A stretch of DNA of 64,000 nt from Candidatus Hodarchaeota archaeon (GCA_016840035.1 JAEOTC010000086.1:64001-128000); one strand, 5' to 3'. Numbered from the stretch's first letter, positions 49,002 through 59,469 are shown. The notes: generated by a model from the letters alone, not told the origin. Made by a program: numbers and translations.

Positions 49002-49191
49002 CTCTGATAATATGAAATCATTTACTGACTATTAAGGCTTTTTTTATATTCTCTTGAAGTCCTTTTCTCATTGATGAATTCTAGTGGTAAACCATTTTAA
49101 TTACTAATAGATTAGCTACAAAAATTCATGATTAATGACTTATCTCTAACTGCAATTTTTGGAAAAAGAGAACTAAAAATAGGTTTGGAAT

Positions 49192-50295
49192 ATGTTTCGT
49201 ATCTTGCGGATGCCATCTGATTCGATATGGCAAGATCCAGAACTCTCCAAGAGGCTAGCTCGATATCGTGCAATTTGTAAAGGAGAAAAAACTGCAAGGT
49301 ATTTAATCGCAAAAAAAACTCCAGTTAAAAATCCTGTCAATTCTGAAAATGATATTGAAGATTTATGGAACAATCATGATGAAACACGTGAAGTGTTTAA
49401 TATCATTTTAAACAATATAGATAAAGGAAAAACGACATTAACGGAACTAAAAACACCTACTACAAATTTTTTAGATCTTAAAACTAAGATTGCTGATAAG
49501 ATTATTGAAAATTGTCACTTTTGTGAACGAAGGTGTTATGTAAATCGGAAGGTAGGAGAAAAGGGAGTCTGTAAAGTTGGAGTGAATTCTATTGTATCTT
49601 CCGCGTTTTTACATGTTGGAGAGGAACCACCCCTAGTCCCTTCTGGAACAATTTTTTTTGCCTCCTGTGTTTTCAAATGTGTTTTTTGCCAAAATTATGA
49701 CATTTCACAGAACCTTCAAGGCGATGAAGTAGAATACACTTATTTAGTGGACTTACAGAGGAAACTTATATCCGAGGGTGCAATAAACATTAATTGGGTT
49801 GGGGGTGATCCAATTCCAAATGTACACAATATACTACACTCCCTCCGAGAGCTGGATAAGAATATTGTACAACTCTGGAATTCAAACATGTATTTATCAC
49901 AAGAATCAATGAGCTTACTTGTCGATATTATGGATTTCTGGCTCCCTGATCTGAAGTTTCGTGAAAATTCTTTTGCAAAACGAATGTCTGGAATTGAAAA
50001 CTACTGGGAGGTAGTAACTCGGAATATTAAATATGCTTATACCGTAGGATCGCGTGAAATCATTATCCGCCACCTTTGTATGCCTAATCGAATCGAAATA
50101 GACACATTCCCAATATTAGATTGGGTAAACCACGAAGTTCCCTTATCCTTTGTGAATATAATGGCTCAATATCGCCCTGAATACCGTGCTCATAGGAGTG
50201 AATATCAAGATATTAACAGGCGTGTTTCCTCTGCTGAGATGCAGCTTGCACGAGATTATGCTGACAAGAAAGGAATTGCTTGGAGACAGGTGTAA
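49192..50295 (+). CDS. Radical SAM protein, PflX family
   Basis: CHFCERRC, GEEPPLVPSGTIFF, CVFKCVFCQN, WNSNMY, NIMAQYRP. Confidence 0.9.
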   Translation: MFRILRMPSDSIWQDPELSKRLARYRAICKGEKTARYLIAKKTPVKNPVNSENDIEDLWNNHDETREVFNIILNNIDKGKTTLTELKTPTTNFLDLKTKIADKIIENCHFCERRCYVNRKVGEKGVCKVGVNSIVSSAFLHVGEEPPLVPSGTIFFASCVFKCVFCQNYDISQNLQGDEVEYTYLVDLQRKLISEGAININWVGGDPIPNVHNILHSLRELDKNIVQLWNSNMYLSQESMSLLVDIMDFWLPDLKFRENSFAKRMSGIENYWEVVTRNIKYAYTVGSREIIIRHLCMPNRIEIDTFPILDWVNHEVPLSFVNIMAQYRPEYRAHRSEYQDINRRVSSAEMQLARDYADKKGIAWRQV

Positions 50296-50412
50296 AATAC
50301 TAAGGGGAATATAAAAAACGAAAGTCTATTAGGAATCAGTTTTCCCTTTGAAAATCATCCTTGAATGAATCTCCTTGTCTTGTACAGTGCTTTATCATTG
50401 GAGTTTCCGTTA

Positions 50413-51570
50413 ATGAGTGATCAGAACCAAAATCTTGAATCTTTCTATACTGCGTACGAACTCTTGGTTAAGACTGCCAAAAAAACGGTGAATTCCATAA
50501 ACGAAAACCCCATACAATTAGTAAAGTTTTGTAAGATTATCCAGGAAGCGAAAAATAATCGAATTCATCTTGTTGGGATGGGTAGATCAGGAAAAGTTGG
50601 AATGCTATTTGGAGAGATGTTGAAGAACATAGGTTATGAAGTTTCATATCTGGGTAAGAGTTTAGCTAAACCAGTGAGAGCTGATGATGTTGTGATTGGA
50701 GTTACTGGTTCAGGATGGACAAATTTTACTACTAAGGCCATACAAAATGCTATTCTTCGGAAAGCTAAAATTTTAGTCTATACTGGAGATCAGAAATCTC
50801 TAGCTGCACGACTGGCAGATTCAATAATTTTAATTCCAAAAAGCTACATGAGATCAGAAACTTCAAGCTCTAAATCTCCAAGACAATTATCCTCTGGAGC
50901 ACCTCTAACACCATTAGGTACGTTGTTCGAAATGACAACAATGGCAATTGGATTTGGGATTGTGGCCGGACTTAGAGAGGATTCGAGTGTGAAAGGATTC
51001 AATGAAGGAATTAACAAAGTTTTTACGGCTGTAGATGAAACTTTAACTAAAATAAAAGTGAATTCAACTCCCTTACAACACTTTATTAATGCACTTGAAC
51101 CTTATTCGCTCAATCCAGCGAATAACGTCTTTATTTTTGGGAGTGGATTAGATTCGATAATTGCTAGTATCTCTTCGATTAGATTAAGTCACCTTGGAAT
51201 CCATGTGAAATCTACTTATGATTGGCGATTTCGAACAAAAGATGATTTGTTGGTAGGTATTTCAGGTTCAGGGGTATCTAGAAGAACACTGGAACAAGTG
51301 AAAAGCGCTAAACTATCTAAAATGAAAATTCTTGGCTTAACGTCATTTCCTGAATCTGCTTTAGCAGAGGATAGTGATATACTATTAGAAATTGAGGGGA
51401 GACATGAGGAAGTGAGTGCTGATTTCCGAAAGATATCAGATATGAGTTTTTTCGTTCCTTCATTTGAATACGCCGCTGCAATTGCTTTAGATTCATGTGT
51501 AGCTCAAATTGCTGATAATTTAGGCATTACAGAAGAATCTATGAAAGCAGAACATGCAAATATTGAATGA
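50413..51570 (+). CDS. Tandem SIS-domain protein, 6-phospho-3-hexuloisomerase-like
   Basis: GMGRSG, TGSG, PLGTLFE in domain 1; ISGSG, PSFE, MKAEHANIE in domain 2; convergent with HPS. Confidence 0.85.
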   Translation: MSDQNQNLESFYTAYELLVKTAKKTVNSINENPIQLVKFCKIIQEAKNNRIHLVGMGRSGKVGMLFGEMLKNIGYEVSYLGKSLAKPVRADDVVIGVTGSGWTNFTTKAIQNAILRKAKILVYTGDQKSLAARLADSIILIPKSYMRSETSSSKSPRQLSSGAPLTPLGTLFEMTTMAIGFGIVAGLREDSSVKGFNEGINKVFTAVDETLTKIKVNSTPLQHFINALEPYSLNPANNVFIFGSGLDSIIASISSIRLSHLGIHVKSTYDWRFRTKDDLLVGISGSGVSRRTLEQVKSAKLSKMKILGLTSFPESALAEDSDILLEIEGRHEEVSADFRKISDMSFFVPSFEYAAAIALDSCVAQIADNLGITEESMKAEHANIE

Positions 51571-51579
51571 TAGGAACCT

Positions 51580-52272
51580 TCAAGAATTAAGAGAGTCGAG
51601 GAATTTTTTCAATTCAACAAGGGGCTCCTCTGCTTGATAGATAGCTCTTCCCACAATAATTATGTCAGAACCACTTTTCAAAGGTTTTTGAACATTTTCT
51701 AAGGTGATACCTCCTGCTACCGCTATTAAACTGGGAACTAGTGACTTATATTTCTTAATTATTTCCCAAGAATATTCCTTTCCTGAGAGTTCTTCATCAA
51801 TCCCTCTATGAATGATTAAAACATCAGGAAAGAGTTCTAATGCTTCGATCTTCTTTTCAAACGCATAAAATGGGACTCCCAACGTGTCAACCCAGCTATC
51901 GATATTCAAGGTTTTGCATTCACTGATAAAATTGTCAATTGTAGCGATAGGGGCAAGTCCAGAAACTACACAGGCATCAACTTTTGCTTGAGCACCAATA
52001 TTTACTTCAAGTTTACCGACATCTAATGTCTTGAAATCAGCAATAATGTAGTTTGAGGGAAAAAATTCCCGACAGAATGGAGCTATCTTGCGTAAGCCTT
52101 CATTCTTCAGGAAAGGAGTACCAATTTCTATCAATAGTTGAGAAGAAGTAATTTTTGCTATTTTCATAAAGAGATTTCTTACTTCAGATACTATAGGGAT
52201 ATCTATCGCAAGTTGGAGATATGGAGGGAATTTCAAGCTATTGGATCTTTGAGAGTTCAACTTTATGTTCAT
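51580..52272 (-). CDS. hps: 3-hexulose-6-phosphate synthase (HUMPS/OMPDC family)
   Basis: LQLAID, IEIGTPFLK, ADFKTLDVG, HRGIDEE, AVAGGI, IVGRAI; start set at ATG 52272. Confidence 0.87.
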   Translation of the reverse strand: MNIKLNSQRSNSLKFPPYLQLAIDIPIVSEVRNLFMKIAKITSSQLLIEIGTPFLKNEGLRKIAPFCREFFPSNYIIADFKTLDVGKLEVNIGAQAKVDACVVSGLAPIATIDNFISECKTLNIDSWVDTLGVPFYAFEKKIEALELFPDVLIIHRGIDEELSGKEYSWEIIKKYKSLVPSLIAVAGGITLENVQKPLKSGSDIIIVGRAIYQAEEPLVELKKFLDSLNS

Positions 52273-52291
52273 CTTATTTCTAAGACTCAGA

Positions 52292-53416
52292 TTAATTGAA
52301 GGGAATAAATGTTGTCTGTAGATTATCAAAGGAAGGGTATTCTTCAGCCATACCTACTTGTGCTTTCGGAAATTTCGTAATAATTTCCTGAGTAATTTCC
52401 TCTAATAAGGCAGCATTAGTTAGGAGCCTTTGTTTTTCATAATCAATATGAACTAAGTTCGCTGGAATATCCAAGTCTAGGACAAGGTACCGTTTTACCT
52501 CTTCCAAATCATAATCTACAGTTTTGATGATTCCTCTAATGAGGAGTCCTTTGTCAGTTCCCTCTTCTATGACAACATCCGAAGGAAGTTTAGTGTTCAT
52601 TGCCAATCGAAATAATCTGTTCGGTAATTGTACATTGTCCTTAGTGGCAAGTGCACAATAATGAACTGGAATTTTTGTATTCATCGTGGCCCATTCAACT
52701 ATTTCCATTGCCAGCCTTGAACTATTCTTTACGGCAGACAGTCTAACCTCGTCAACTTCTAATTTATGAGAAAGAATATTCCTATAATTTGTTTCGCTTA
52801 TCTCTAGTTCATTAAGATTTATGAAAAAAAAACGATTATCTTTAGGGATTATAGTTTCAAATTTCTTTATAATTTCTTGGTAGAAACTCATTCCTTTTGT
52901 TGGGATAACAGGTATTTCAATTCCAACATCAATTTCAAACTGTATGGCAAGTTGGATGGTTTTAATTTCCTTCTTAATGTTCAGAACATGAAATCTGATC
53001 TCATCCAGATAGGGAGTAATTTCTTTTAATAATGATTTATTTAGATCTTTTCCTCTTGTGTAGGCATGAATATGAAAATTTTCAGAAAAATGTTCTTTTA
53101 ATGCCTTACAATATGAAAGAGTTTTATTAAACGAATGTAATTCAAGTGGATCTCCGCCTGTCATACTTGCTCCTTTGGCATTCATGTGTACAGCCTCAAC
53201 AAGAAGTTCTGAGATGCTAGAAAAGGGGCGTTCATTGGCAAATGATGTCTTAGCTTCCTTTCGCTCAATACTTAAAGGACAATAAAAACAGCTACTCGAA
53301 CATTGTGAACTAACCAGAACGACCATTTTCTCCCCTGATATGCATTGTTGACATCCTCTGGATATTGAACCAGAAAACATGCTTCCCCAATTAGTTTTCT
53401 TAGGTTTATTAGTCAT
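52292..53416 (-). CDS. Radical SAM protein (COG2108-like)
   Basis: GCQQC..GEK, CSSSCFYCPLS, TGGDPL, LDEIRFH, NLNELEISETN, EEYP. Confidence 0.88.
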   Translation of the reverse strand: MTNKPKKTNWGSMFSGSISRGCQQCISGEKMVVLVSSQCSSSCFYCPLSIERKEAKTSFANERPFSSISELLVEAVHMNAKGASMTGGDPLELHSFNKTLSYCKALKEHFSENFHIHAYTRGKDLNKSLLKEITPYLDEIRFHVLNIKKEIKTIQLAIQFEIDVGIEIPVIPTKGMSFYQEIIKKFETIIPKDNRFFFINLNELEISETNYRNILSHKLEVDEVRLSAVKNSSRLAMEIVEWATMNTKIPVHYCALATKDNVQLPNRLFRLAMNTKLPSDVVIEEGTDKGLLIRGIIKTVDYDLEEVKRYLVLDLDIPANLVHIDYEKQRLLTNAALLEEITQEIITKFPKAQVGMAEEYPSFDNLQTTFIPFN

Positions 53417-53466
53417 ATTATCCCGTTTGAAGAAGAATTCAGCTTAAAATAAGTACTTACTACGTG

Positions 53467-53706
53467 TTAGAATTCCTGGAAATGAACAAGGAAGTGATCG
53501 CCCTGGGAAACGACTTTATAAACTCCAGGTAAGTCTCTCCGACCAAGTACTTTTTTTGTATAAAATTTAAGTTTTCTAGAAGAAAGATCCTTCGCAACTA
53601 AGGTTTTTCCTTCCTTTTTTGTTTTAATACCTTCTTTCTCTTTGATCATTTTTGCTAAGTCATCTAGTATATCTGGGTCTGGAATGTTTGAAAGATCTAC
53701 CTTCAT
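53467..53706 (-). CDS. rpl22e: Ribosomal protein eL22 homologue
   Basis: LSSRKLKFYTKKVLGRRDL....KVVS aligns with eukaryotic [27 protein letters not shown]. Confidence 0.78.
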   Translation of the reverse strand: MKVDLSNIPDPDILDDLAKMIKEKEGIKTKKEGKTLVAKDLSSRKLKFYTKKVLGRRDLPGVYKVVSQGDHFLVHFQEF

Positions 53707-53745
53707 ACTTTTTCACCTATATGATGTTGATTAGGGTAAACTCTA

Positions 53746-54258
53746 CTAATTAATATCTGAATCACTAAGATCTGGAAGAGAAATGTCAATATAATCAAGG
53801 AGTACTGATAGATTATTATTATTGCGCATTTCTATAAGGTTAGTTTCGGCAGCAATAAATCTAGTGCATTCTCCTGCCTGGGATGATGTCGTTAAATTTC
53901 TATATGAGCATGCACGACTAATATCAAGAATAACGGATTCGAAAGGTCGTGATAACAGTTCCTGACGCACTTGAGATTCTGAAAATAAGCCGCTGGCTAA
54001 ACCTGAAGATATAATCGGTTCAGCTTTCATTATATATTGGAGGAGACAGTTTATATGTCCAATATAACCATTATCGACTTCCGCAACAATTTTTTCGTCA
54101 AACAGATCGTTTAATTCAACTCTATTTCCGCAATGAGAACAGATTAATCTTCCATTATTTGCAACGATTTCATATATTAAAAATTCATTGAAATCATTGT
54201 CTTTTATTTCCAACTGGATCGATTCTCCGTAAAATATTCTTAGGAACGAGTTTTCCAC
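53746..54258 (-). CDS. Hypothetical protein with a putative Zn site
   Basis: CSHC...HINC. Confidence 0.6.
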   Translation of the reverse strand: MENSFLRIFYGESIQLEIKDNDFNEFLIYEIVANNGRLICSHCGNRVELNDLFDEKIVAEVDNGYIGHINCLLQYIMKAEPIISSGLASGLFSESQVRQELLSRPFESVILDISRACSYRNLTTSSQAGECTRFIAAETNLIEMRNNNNLSVLLDYIDISLPDLSDSDIN

Positions 54259-54547
54259 TACATTGTGCCGTCTATTTCTGAAATATTTATAGTATTTTCT
54301 TAGGGAAAATACATAAATTTTGATTCCTTGGGTATTGGATTTTCCTATGAAGGTGTTAGATCAGTGATGAAACTTAAAAAGTAAAAATCATATATACGAA
54401 AAGAAAGGTTTTTCTAGATTTTTTGATTAGGCTGTCACAGAGAAGCTTGGAATTCAGAGCTCAATAAGATTGTTCTGACATCGTATATATTCCAAAAAAT
54501 TGAGTATCTCTATATTCAATTCAATTAGAAGGTCTGGGTGATCAAAA

Positions 54548-54823
54548 ATGGAAGATAAAATTGAAAATTCAAAGATGTTGTTACAGCAAATTTCATCAGA
54601 TCATAGTGTACCAAAAAACATCAGAAGAGCGGCTAAAGAAGCATATATGGCGGTAACAGGTAAGAATAGCCAAGATGATGACCCACCTGAAGTACGGGCG
54701 AATTTTGCTATTTCTATTCTGGATGAAATTAGTCAGGATCCAAATTGTCCTCTTTTTGCACGTACCAAAATATGGGGTATTTTGTCCTTACTAGAAACCA
54801 TTACATCAGAGTCTCAGGAATAA
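54548..54823 (+). CDS. UPF0147 family protein
   Basis: SVPKNIRRAA, VRA..AISILDEISQDPN.P..ART.IW. Confidence 0.93.
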   Translation: MEDKIENSKMLLQQISSDHSVPKNIRRAAKEAYMAVTGKNSQDDDPPEVRANFAISILDEISQDPNCPLFARTKIWGILSLLETITSESQE

Positions 54824-54836
54824 AGTTGGGCACGGT

Positions 54837-54871
54837 AAAACGCCATAACTAGCGTTTTTCCTTCTTTTTTT
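54837..54871 (+). terminator. Hairpin plus T-tract after UPF0147
   Basis: AAAACGC-N8-GCGTTTT followed by a T-rich run. Confidence 0.4.
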
Positions 54872-54932
54872 AGTATAAAAAATAAATGAATAGTTTCTCA
54901 TTAAAGAGAAAAAAATCCATGTTCGGAGAGCT

Positions 54933-55133
54933 CTAAACCTCTTCCACAGGTATATTTAAGTTTTGGACAATTTGATTAGCTTCTTTCGGAGATGTTTTAA
55001 AAGTATAGAGACGTTTTTTTGTTCTAAGTTTCAATTTCACAATATCAGAGTCTTTTAATCGTTTGACATAACAAACAGATGCTAAATCAAGGGTGGCCAT
55101 AAATTCTTCTTTGGATTTTAACTCTTCTGGCAA
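54933..55133 (-). CDS. rpl38e: Ribosomal protein eL38
   Basis: MP.EL...EEF...VKLKLRTKKRLYT. Confidence 0.88.
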   Translation of the reverse strand: MPEELKSKEEFMATLDLASVCYVKRLKDSDIVKLKLRTKKRLYTFKTSPKEANQIVQNLNIPVEEV

Positions 55134-55214
55134 TTCTATTTCTTCCTGTATGAATTTTACTCGTAATTGTCCTTTCTTGAAATGAATTTTTATTTTTAAT
55201 TCATTTTTTCCTAT

Positions 55215-55745
55215 CTATTTACTTAGATTCTCTTTGGAGAAATACTCTTTCACCTCTCCCCCACAATCCGGACAATGCTGATGTGATCCTCGAATGACTG
55301 TTTTACAATTTTTACATTTTAGATAAGTCTTTCGTATCTCTGTGATTTCTTTCCCGCTGATTACATATATCGGAATTCTAATCTGCTTCGCGATATTTTG
55401 CAAAGCAAGGTCATTTGTCACCAATACGCCCCCTTCTTGCTTGGCCAAGGATAAAACTTCAATATCCGTTTTGGAAAGACGTGTTTTAGGATCTAGCTCA
55501 AGTATTTTATTTTTGACTGTTTCTATAATTAGAGGGTCAGGAGATGATACTTTTAACTTATTGGTTTGGAGCATGACATCTGAATTCATCTTTGATCGAA
55601 AATCTTTCAATTCTTGTAAAACCGAATTGACTGTCATAAATTTTCTGACCCTAAGAGTCTGAAGACCTGGAAAATCTAGTCTGATAAATACTGTTGAATC
55701 TAATACAAATATTTGCTGAGAATTCTTGTTCAAGTCTAGTCTCAA
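55215..55745 (-). CDS. nob1: Nob1 endonuclease (PIN + Zn ribbon)
   Basis: VLDSTVFI, LSKTDIEVLSLA, TNDLALQNIA, CKNC...CPDCG. Confidence 0.92.
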   Translation of the reverse strand: MRLDLNKNSQQIFVLDSTVFIRLDFPGLQTLRVRKFMTVNSVLQELKDFRSKMNSDVMLQTNKLKVSSPDPLIIETVKNKILELDPKTRLSKTDIEVLSLAKQEGGVLVTNDLALQNIAKQIRIPIYVISGKEITEIRKTYLKCKNCKTVIRGSHQHCPDCGGEVKEYFSKENLSK

Positions 55746-56602
55746 TCCCCAATTTCAGGATGTAAGTGCTGTCGCCATCTTGAAGTAAAATGACGTCGCC
55801 GATAGAATTTTACTTTTTCTTGAGACAAAGAAATAGAGAATTTTACAGGTGTAGTATATTCTACACTAACCTGTCCATCAAATACCATTTTGATAGGATT
55901 AATTCTAGTTGAACAAATTATATCAATATTACGTGAACGATTTAGAATCACAGGACGAGAAGCTAAATTTATCGGATTAATCCATGAAATTATTATCCCC
56001 TGTAGGTTAGGATCCATAATACTCCCCCCACTAGATAAACTATGACCAGTTGAACCAATAGGAGTTGCTATAATTATTCCATCAGCGGGAGAACCTGAAA
56101 TAACTTCATTTTCCACAAGTACTTTAAAATCGATTGGTTTTAGTAGATCACCTGAAGTAATTAAGATTTCATTGATTGCAGATCCTTGTAGATCTTTATC
56201 GATTTTTGCCATTATTTTAGTATGTTCTTCTAGTCGATAATTTCCTTGAAAAAATGATGCTAGAGAGATTTCGATCTCATTTAACTCAATCTCTGTCATA
56301 AATCCCTTTCTCCCCTTATTAATGGATAAGATTGGGATATCAGGTTTGGCTCGTGCGATTCTAAGAATTGTTCCATCTCCACCGATTGAAAGAATACAAT
56401 CAGTTTTCATTTCTTGGAGTGATACTTTCTGAAATTTTTTGACCAAATCTGGATTATTCTTCTCAAGGAAGGTGAAAAGTTCAGGATTCAGTGAAAAGGA
56501 AATATGTTTGCTCTCATCAAGAGAGAGAATTCGCTTAAGGATATCTATTGTCTCTTCACATAAGACTTGGGAGAAAATACCAATTTGTGATACTTCTACC
56601 AA
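55742..56602 (-). CDS. nadK: NAD kinase
   Basis: GGDGTIL, INE, DGIIIATPIGSTGHSLSSGG. Confidence 0.95.
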   Translation of the reverse strand: MVEVSQIGIFSQVLCEETIDILKRILSLDESKHISFSLNPELFTFLEKNNPDLVKKFQKVSLQEMKTDCILSIGGDGTILRIARAKPDIPILSINKGRKGFMTEIELNEIEISLASFFQGNYRLEEHTKIMAKIDKDLQGSAINEILITSGDLLKPIDFKVLVENEVISGSPADGIIIATPIGSTGHSLSSGGSIMDPNLQGIIISWINPINLASRPVILNRSRNIDIICSTRINPIKMVFDGQVSVEYTTPVKFSISLSQEKVKFYRRRHFTSRWRQHLHPEIGD

Positions 56603-56617
56603 GAATTAAACATCCTT

Positions 56618-57055
56618 CTAGTATTCCATTTCCCGAACTAAAGTAACTTTTTTCCGATCCATTACCTCCCAGTAATCGATCTCGATACCCTTTCCAGCCT
56701 TAAAAAGTTCATTTAATTTTAACTTTAAATCTTCCTCTGTTGGAGAATCCACAATAAAAGTTTCATATGATTCATTGTCCATGACATGTACGAATCCTGT
56801 ATTCGATTCGACATTGGTTACCTGTCCTGTTTTTTTCTCAATAATAGGAACGTTTACCCGCTTGTCAACAGGCGAAATTAATTGTCGTTTTTGATTATCA
56901 AAAAGACCTATAATCATCATTCGAGCTTTAGCCGCTCCATGTTTACCAGGCTTTGACTTATCGATCGATATTACTTTGCATGGTTCATTTGAATCTGGAT
57001 CAATGATATATCTTCCTACCTTGATGGTACCTATTTTTTTCGGTTCGTACGCCAT
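56618..57055 (-). CDS. eif5a: Translation factor aIF5A
   Basis: SKPGKHGAAK hypusination motif. Confidence 0.97.
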   Translation of the reverse strand: MAYEPKKIGTIKVGRYIIDPDSNEPCKVISIDKSKPGKHGAAKARMMIIGLFDNQKRQLISPVDKRVNVPIIEKKTGQVTNVESNTGFVHVMDNESYETFIVDSPTEEDLKLKLNELFKAGKGIEIDYWEVMDRKKVTLVREMEY

Positions 57056-57270
57056 GGGATAACACCTTTAAAAGATTTTACAGGGAATTCCTCTGAAAAT
57101 CGACTTTAATCTGCAGAGGAAATGCTTAATTTAAATAGTTTTTAACAGCTTACTAGTTATTCCACCATTCTCATTGTGTACAATATCTTCTGAATCGTTA
57201 AATATCCAAACTAAACTCGATTGGTTTGAAAGAGAAAAGATAGAAAAAGTTAATTTTCAGGTGGAATGAG

Positions 57271-58008
57271 TTGTTTGCCCCAAAAGGTTTAGGATATGAC
57301 AGAGGGAGTACTATCTTTAGTCCTGATGGACGATTGTTTCAGGTAGAATATGCTATAGAAGCCGTGAAAAGGGGCACAACAGCAGTCGGCATTAAAACTG
57401 ATGAGGGATGCATTCTCGTTGTACAAAAGAGATTACATACCACTCTAATCGAAAAAGAAAATGTAAAGAAGATTTTCGCAATTGATGATCACATTGCTGT
57501 TGCAATTGCGGGTTTAACTGCTGATGCACGTATACTTGTGAATCAGGCACGAATACAAGCCCAAATTCATCAAATCACCTATAATGAATCAATCACTGTA
57601 GAAAATCTTACATATAGAATAGCGGATATGAAACAAGCATATACTCAACATGCAGGTGTCAGACCTTTTGGAGTCTCTTTGATCATAGCAGGGGTTGATG
57701 AAATTCATGGACCTCAATTGTACATGACAGAACCGAGTGGAAGCTACTGGGGGTATCGTGCCGCAGTGATTGGATCTGGAACTCCGATAATCATAGAAGA
57801 ATTAGAGAAATCTTACCCTAAAATATCTAAGACGATCCAAGAAGGAATAATTATCGCTCTAAAGGCATTACAAAAAGTGACGGACGATATTTTGGATCCC
57901 GAAATGGTAGAAATTGCTGTAATCTCAACTTCTGACAGAAAATTAATCTACTTTAGCTCGATAGATATATTAAATCTCATAAAGCAAATTGGAAACACAG
58001 AGGAATAG
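57271..58008 (+). CDS. psmA: Proteasome alpha subunit
   Basis: GYDRGSTIFSPDGRLFQVEYA, RPFGVSL, EPSG. Confidence 0.97.
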   Translation: MFAPKGLGYDRGSTIFSPDGRLFQVEYAIEAVKRGTTAVGIKTDEGCILVVQKRLHTTLIEKENVKKIFAIDDHIAVAIAGLTADARILVNQARIQAQIHQITYNESITVENLTYRIADMKQAYTQHAGVRPFGVSLIIAGVDEIHGPQLYMTEPSGSYWGYRAAVIGSGTPIIIEELEKSYPKISKTIQEGIIIALKALQKVTDDILDPEMVEIAVISTSDRKLIYFSSIDILNLIKQIGNTEE

Positions 58009-58010
58009 TT

Positions 58011-58745
58011 ATGTTACGTGATGCCAGAAGAGTAGATCTTTCAGGAAAATCTGTTGTCCGGGCAAAATTTGAAGGAAATCGATTCGAACTAATCGTTAAT
58101 CCTGAACTCGCCCTAAAGTACAAAATGGGTCTACTTGATGAATCGAAAACTATAGATGATATTTTAGAAGTGGATGAAATATTTGTAAACGCCAGTAAAG
58201 GTGAACGAGCACCAGAGGAGATTCTTAATCATTGTTTCCAGACAACTGACGTAATGGAAATTGCAGAGAAAATTCTTATCAAAGGAGACTTAAATTTAAC
58301 GGCAGAACAAAGACAAGAATTCTTTGAAAAGAAAAGAAAACAAATCGTTACCTTACTTGCGAAAACCTGTGTAAATCCAAAAACCCGAACACCTCACCCG
58401 CCTTTACGAATCGAAAATGCGATGAAAGAGGCTAAAGTGATGATTGATCCATCAAAATCAGCAGAGGAGCAAGTTAAAGACATCATCGTTGAACTGAGAA
58501 AAGTAATTCCTATTAGTATGGAAACTGTAAAACTAGCGGTTCAAATTCCCCCAGAATATACAGGAAAAGCCTTTGGGGAAATCAAACGTAAAGGACAAAT
58601 CGAAAAAGACGAATGGCAGAAAGATGGATCATGGATTGCGGTTGTTAGTGTAGCTGCAGGAGTGCAAGGGGAATTTATGGAGATGGTTCAAGGAATGACG
58701 AAAGGTCGTTCTGAAATCAAAGTCCTAGAACGAATAAGATTATGA
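58011..58745 (+). CDS. sdo1: Ribosome maturation factor SBDS/Sdo1
   Basis: FELIV.P, NASKGERA, LTAEQR, PHPP.RIENAM, DGSW. Confidence 0.95.
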   Translation: MLRDARRVDLSGKSVVRAKFEGNRFELIVNPELALKYKMGLLDESKTIDDILEVDEIFVNASKGERAPEEILNHCFQTTDVMEIAEKILIKGDLNLTAEQRQEFFEKKRKQIVTLLAKTCVNPKTRTPHPPLRIENAMKEAKVMIDPSKSAEEQVKDIIVELRKVIPISMETVKLAVQIPPEYTGKAFGEIKRKGQIEKDEWQKDGSWIAVVSVAAGVQGEFMEMVQGMTKGRSEIKVLERIRL

Positions 58746-58752
58746 TAATAAA

Positions 58753-59469
58753 GTGATCAAAATGGGAATTTTAGTAAGTAAAAATCAACTGGTTGTACCA
58801 GGTGAGGTTTTAGCGCGCGGATCGGGAGTTAATGTCGCCGGTGGAGTATATAGAAAAAAAGTTAAGGGAGAAACTGAAATAATAGCCTCCATGATCGGTT
58901 TAGTAAAAATACGCAAAGACAGTGTAGGTGTAGTCCCCTTAGAAGGATGTTATATTCCCCTAGAAGGAGATATAATAATTGGAAAAATAGTAAAGGTTGG
59001 CATTACCTCTTGGAATGTCGATATACGAGGTCCATACGTTGGGGCTCTTCGAGTTAATAGTGTGCTAGATCGCGATTTCGATTCTCTTAGAGAAAGTCTG
59101 GATCAAGTTTTGAATCATGGTGATGTGATTAAAGCACAAATAACGTATTTTGATAGAACTAGAGATCCAGTACTCACTATGCAAGGAAGAGGGCTTCGAA
59201 AAATTACACATGGTAGATTAATCGAAGTCGATCCTGTCAAGATACCAAGAATTATTGGGAAGAAAGGCAGTATGATCCAATTATTAAAGAATATGACAAA
59301 TGCGCAGATAATTGTGGGTCAAAATGGGCGTATTGTTGTTTCTGCCAACTCCGTTGAGAAAGAAAACTTGGTAATTAATGCTATTAGGAAAATTGAAGCG
59401 GAAGCTCATACAAGTGGACTTACCGATCGAATAAGAGCTTATTTAGACGCTGAAAAACGAAAATTATGA
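58753..59469 (+). CDS. rrp4: Exosome RNA-binding subunit Rrp4
   Basis: VVPGE, YIPLEGDIIIG, PRIIGKKGSM, EAHTSGLTD. Confidence 0.96.
   Translation: MIKMGILVSKNQLVVPGEVLARGSGVNVAGGVYRKKVKGETEIIASMIGLVKIRKDSVGVVPLEGCYIPLEGDIIIGKIVKVGITSWNVDIRGPYVGALRVNSVLDRDFDSLRESLDQVLNHGDVIKAQITYFDRTRDPVLTMQGRGLRKITHGRLIEVDPVKIPRIIGKKGSMIQLLKNMTNAQIIVGQNGRIVVSANSVEKENLVINAIRKIEAEAHTSGLTDRIRAYLDAEKRKL

Noticed and set aside
54364-54480. GTGATGA ... CTGA pair upstream of UPF0147
   Set aside because: Boxes are more than 100 nt apart with no convincing D'/C' or guides; probably promoter DNA
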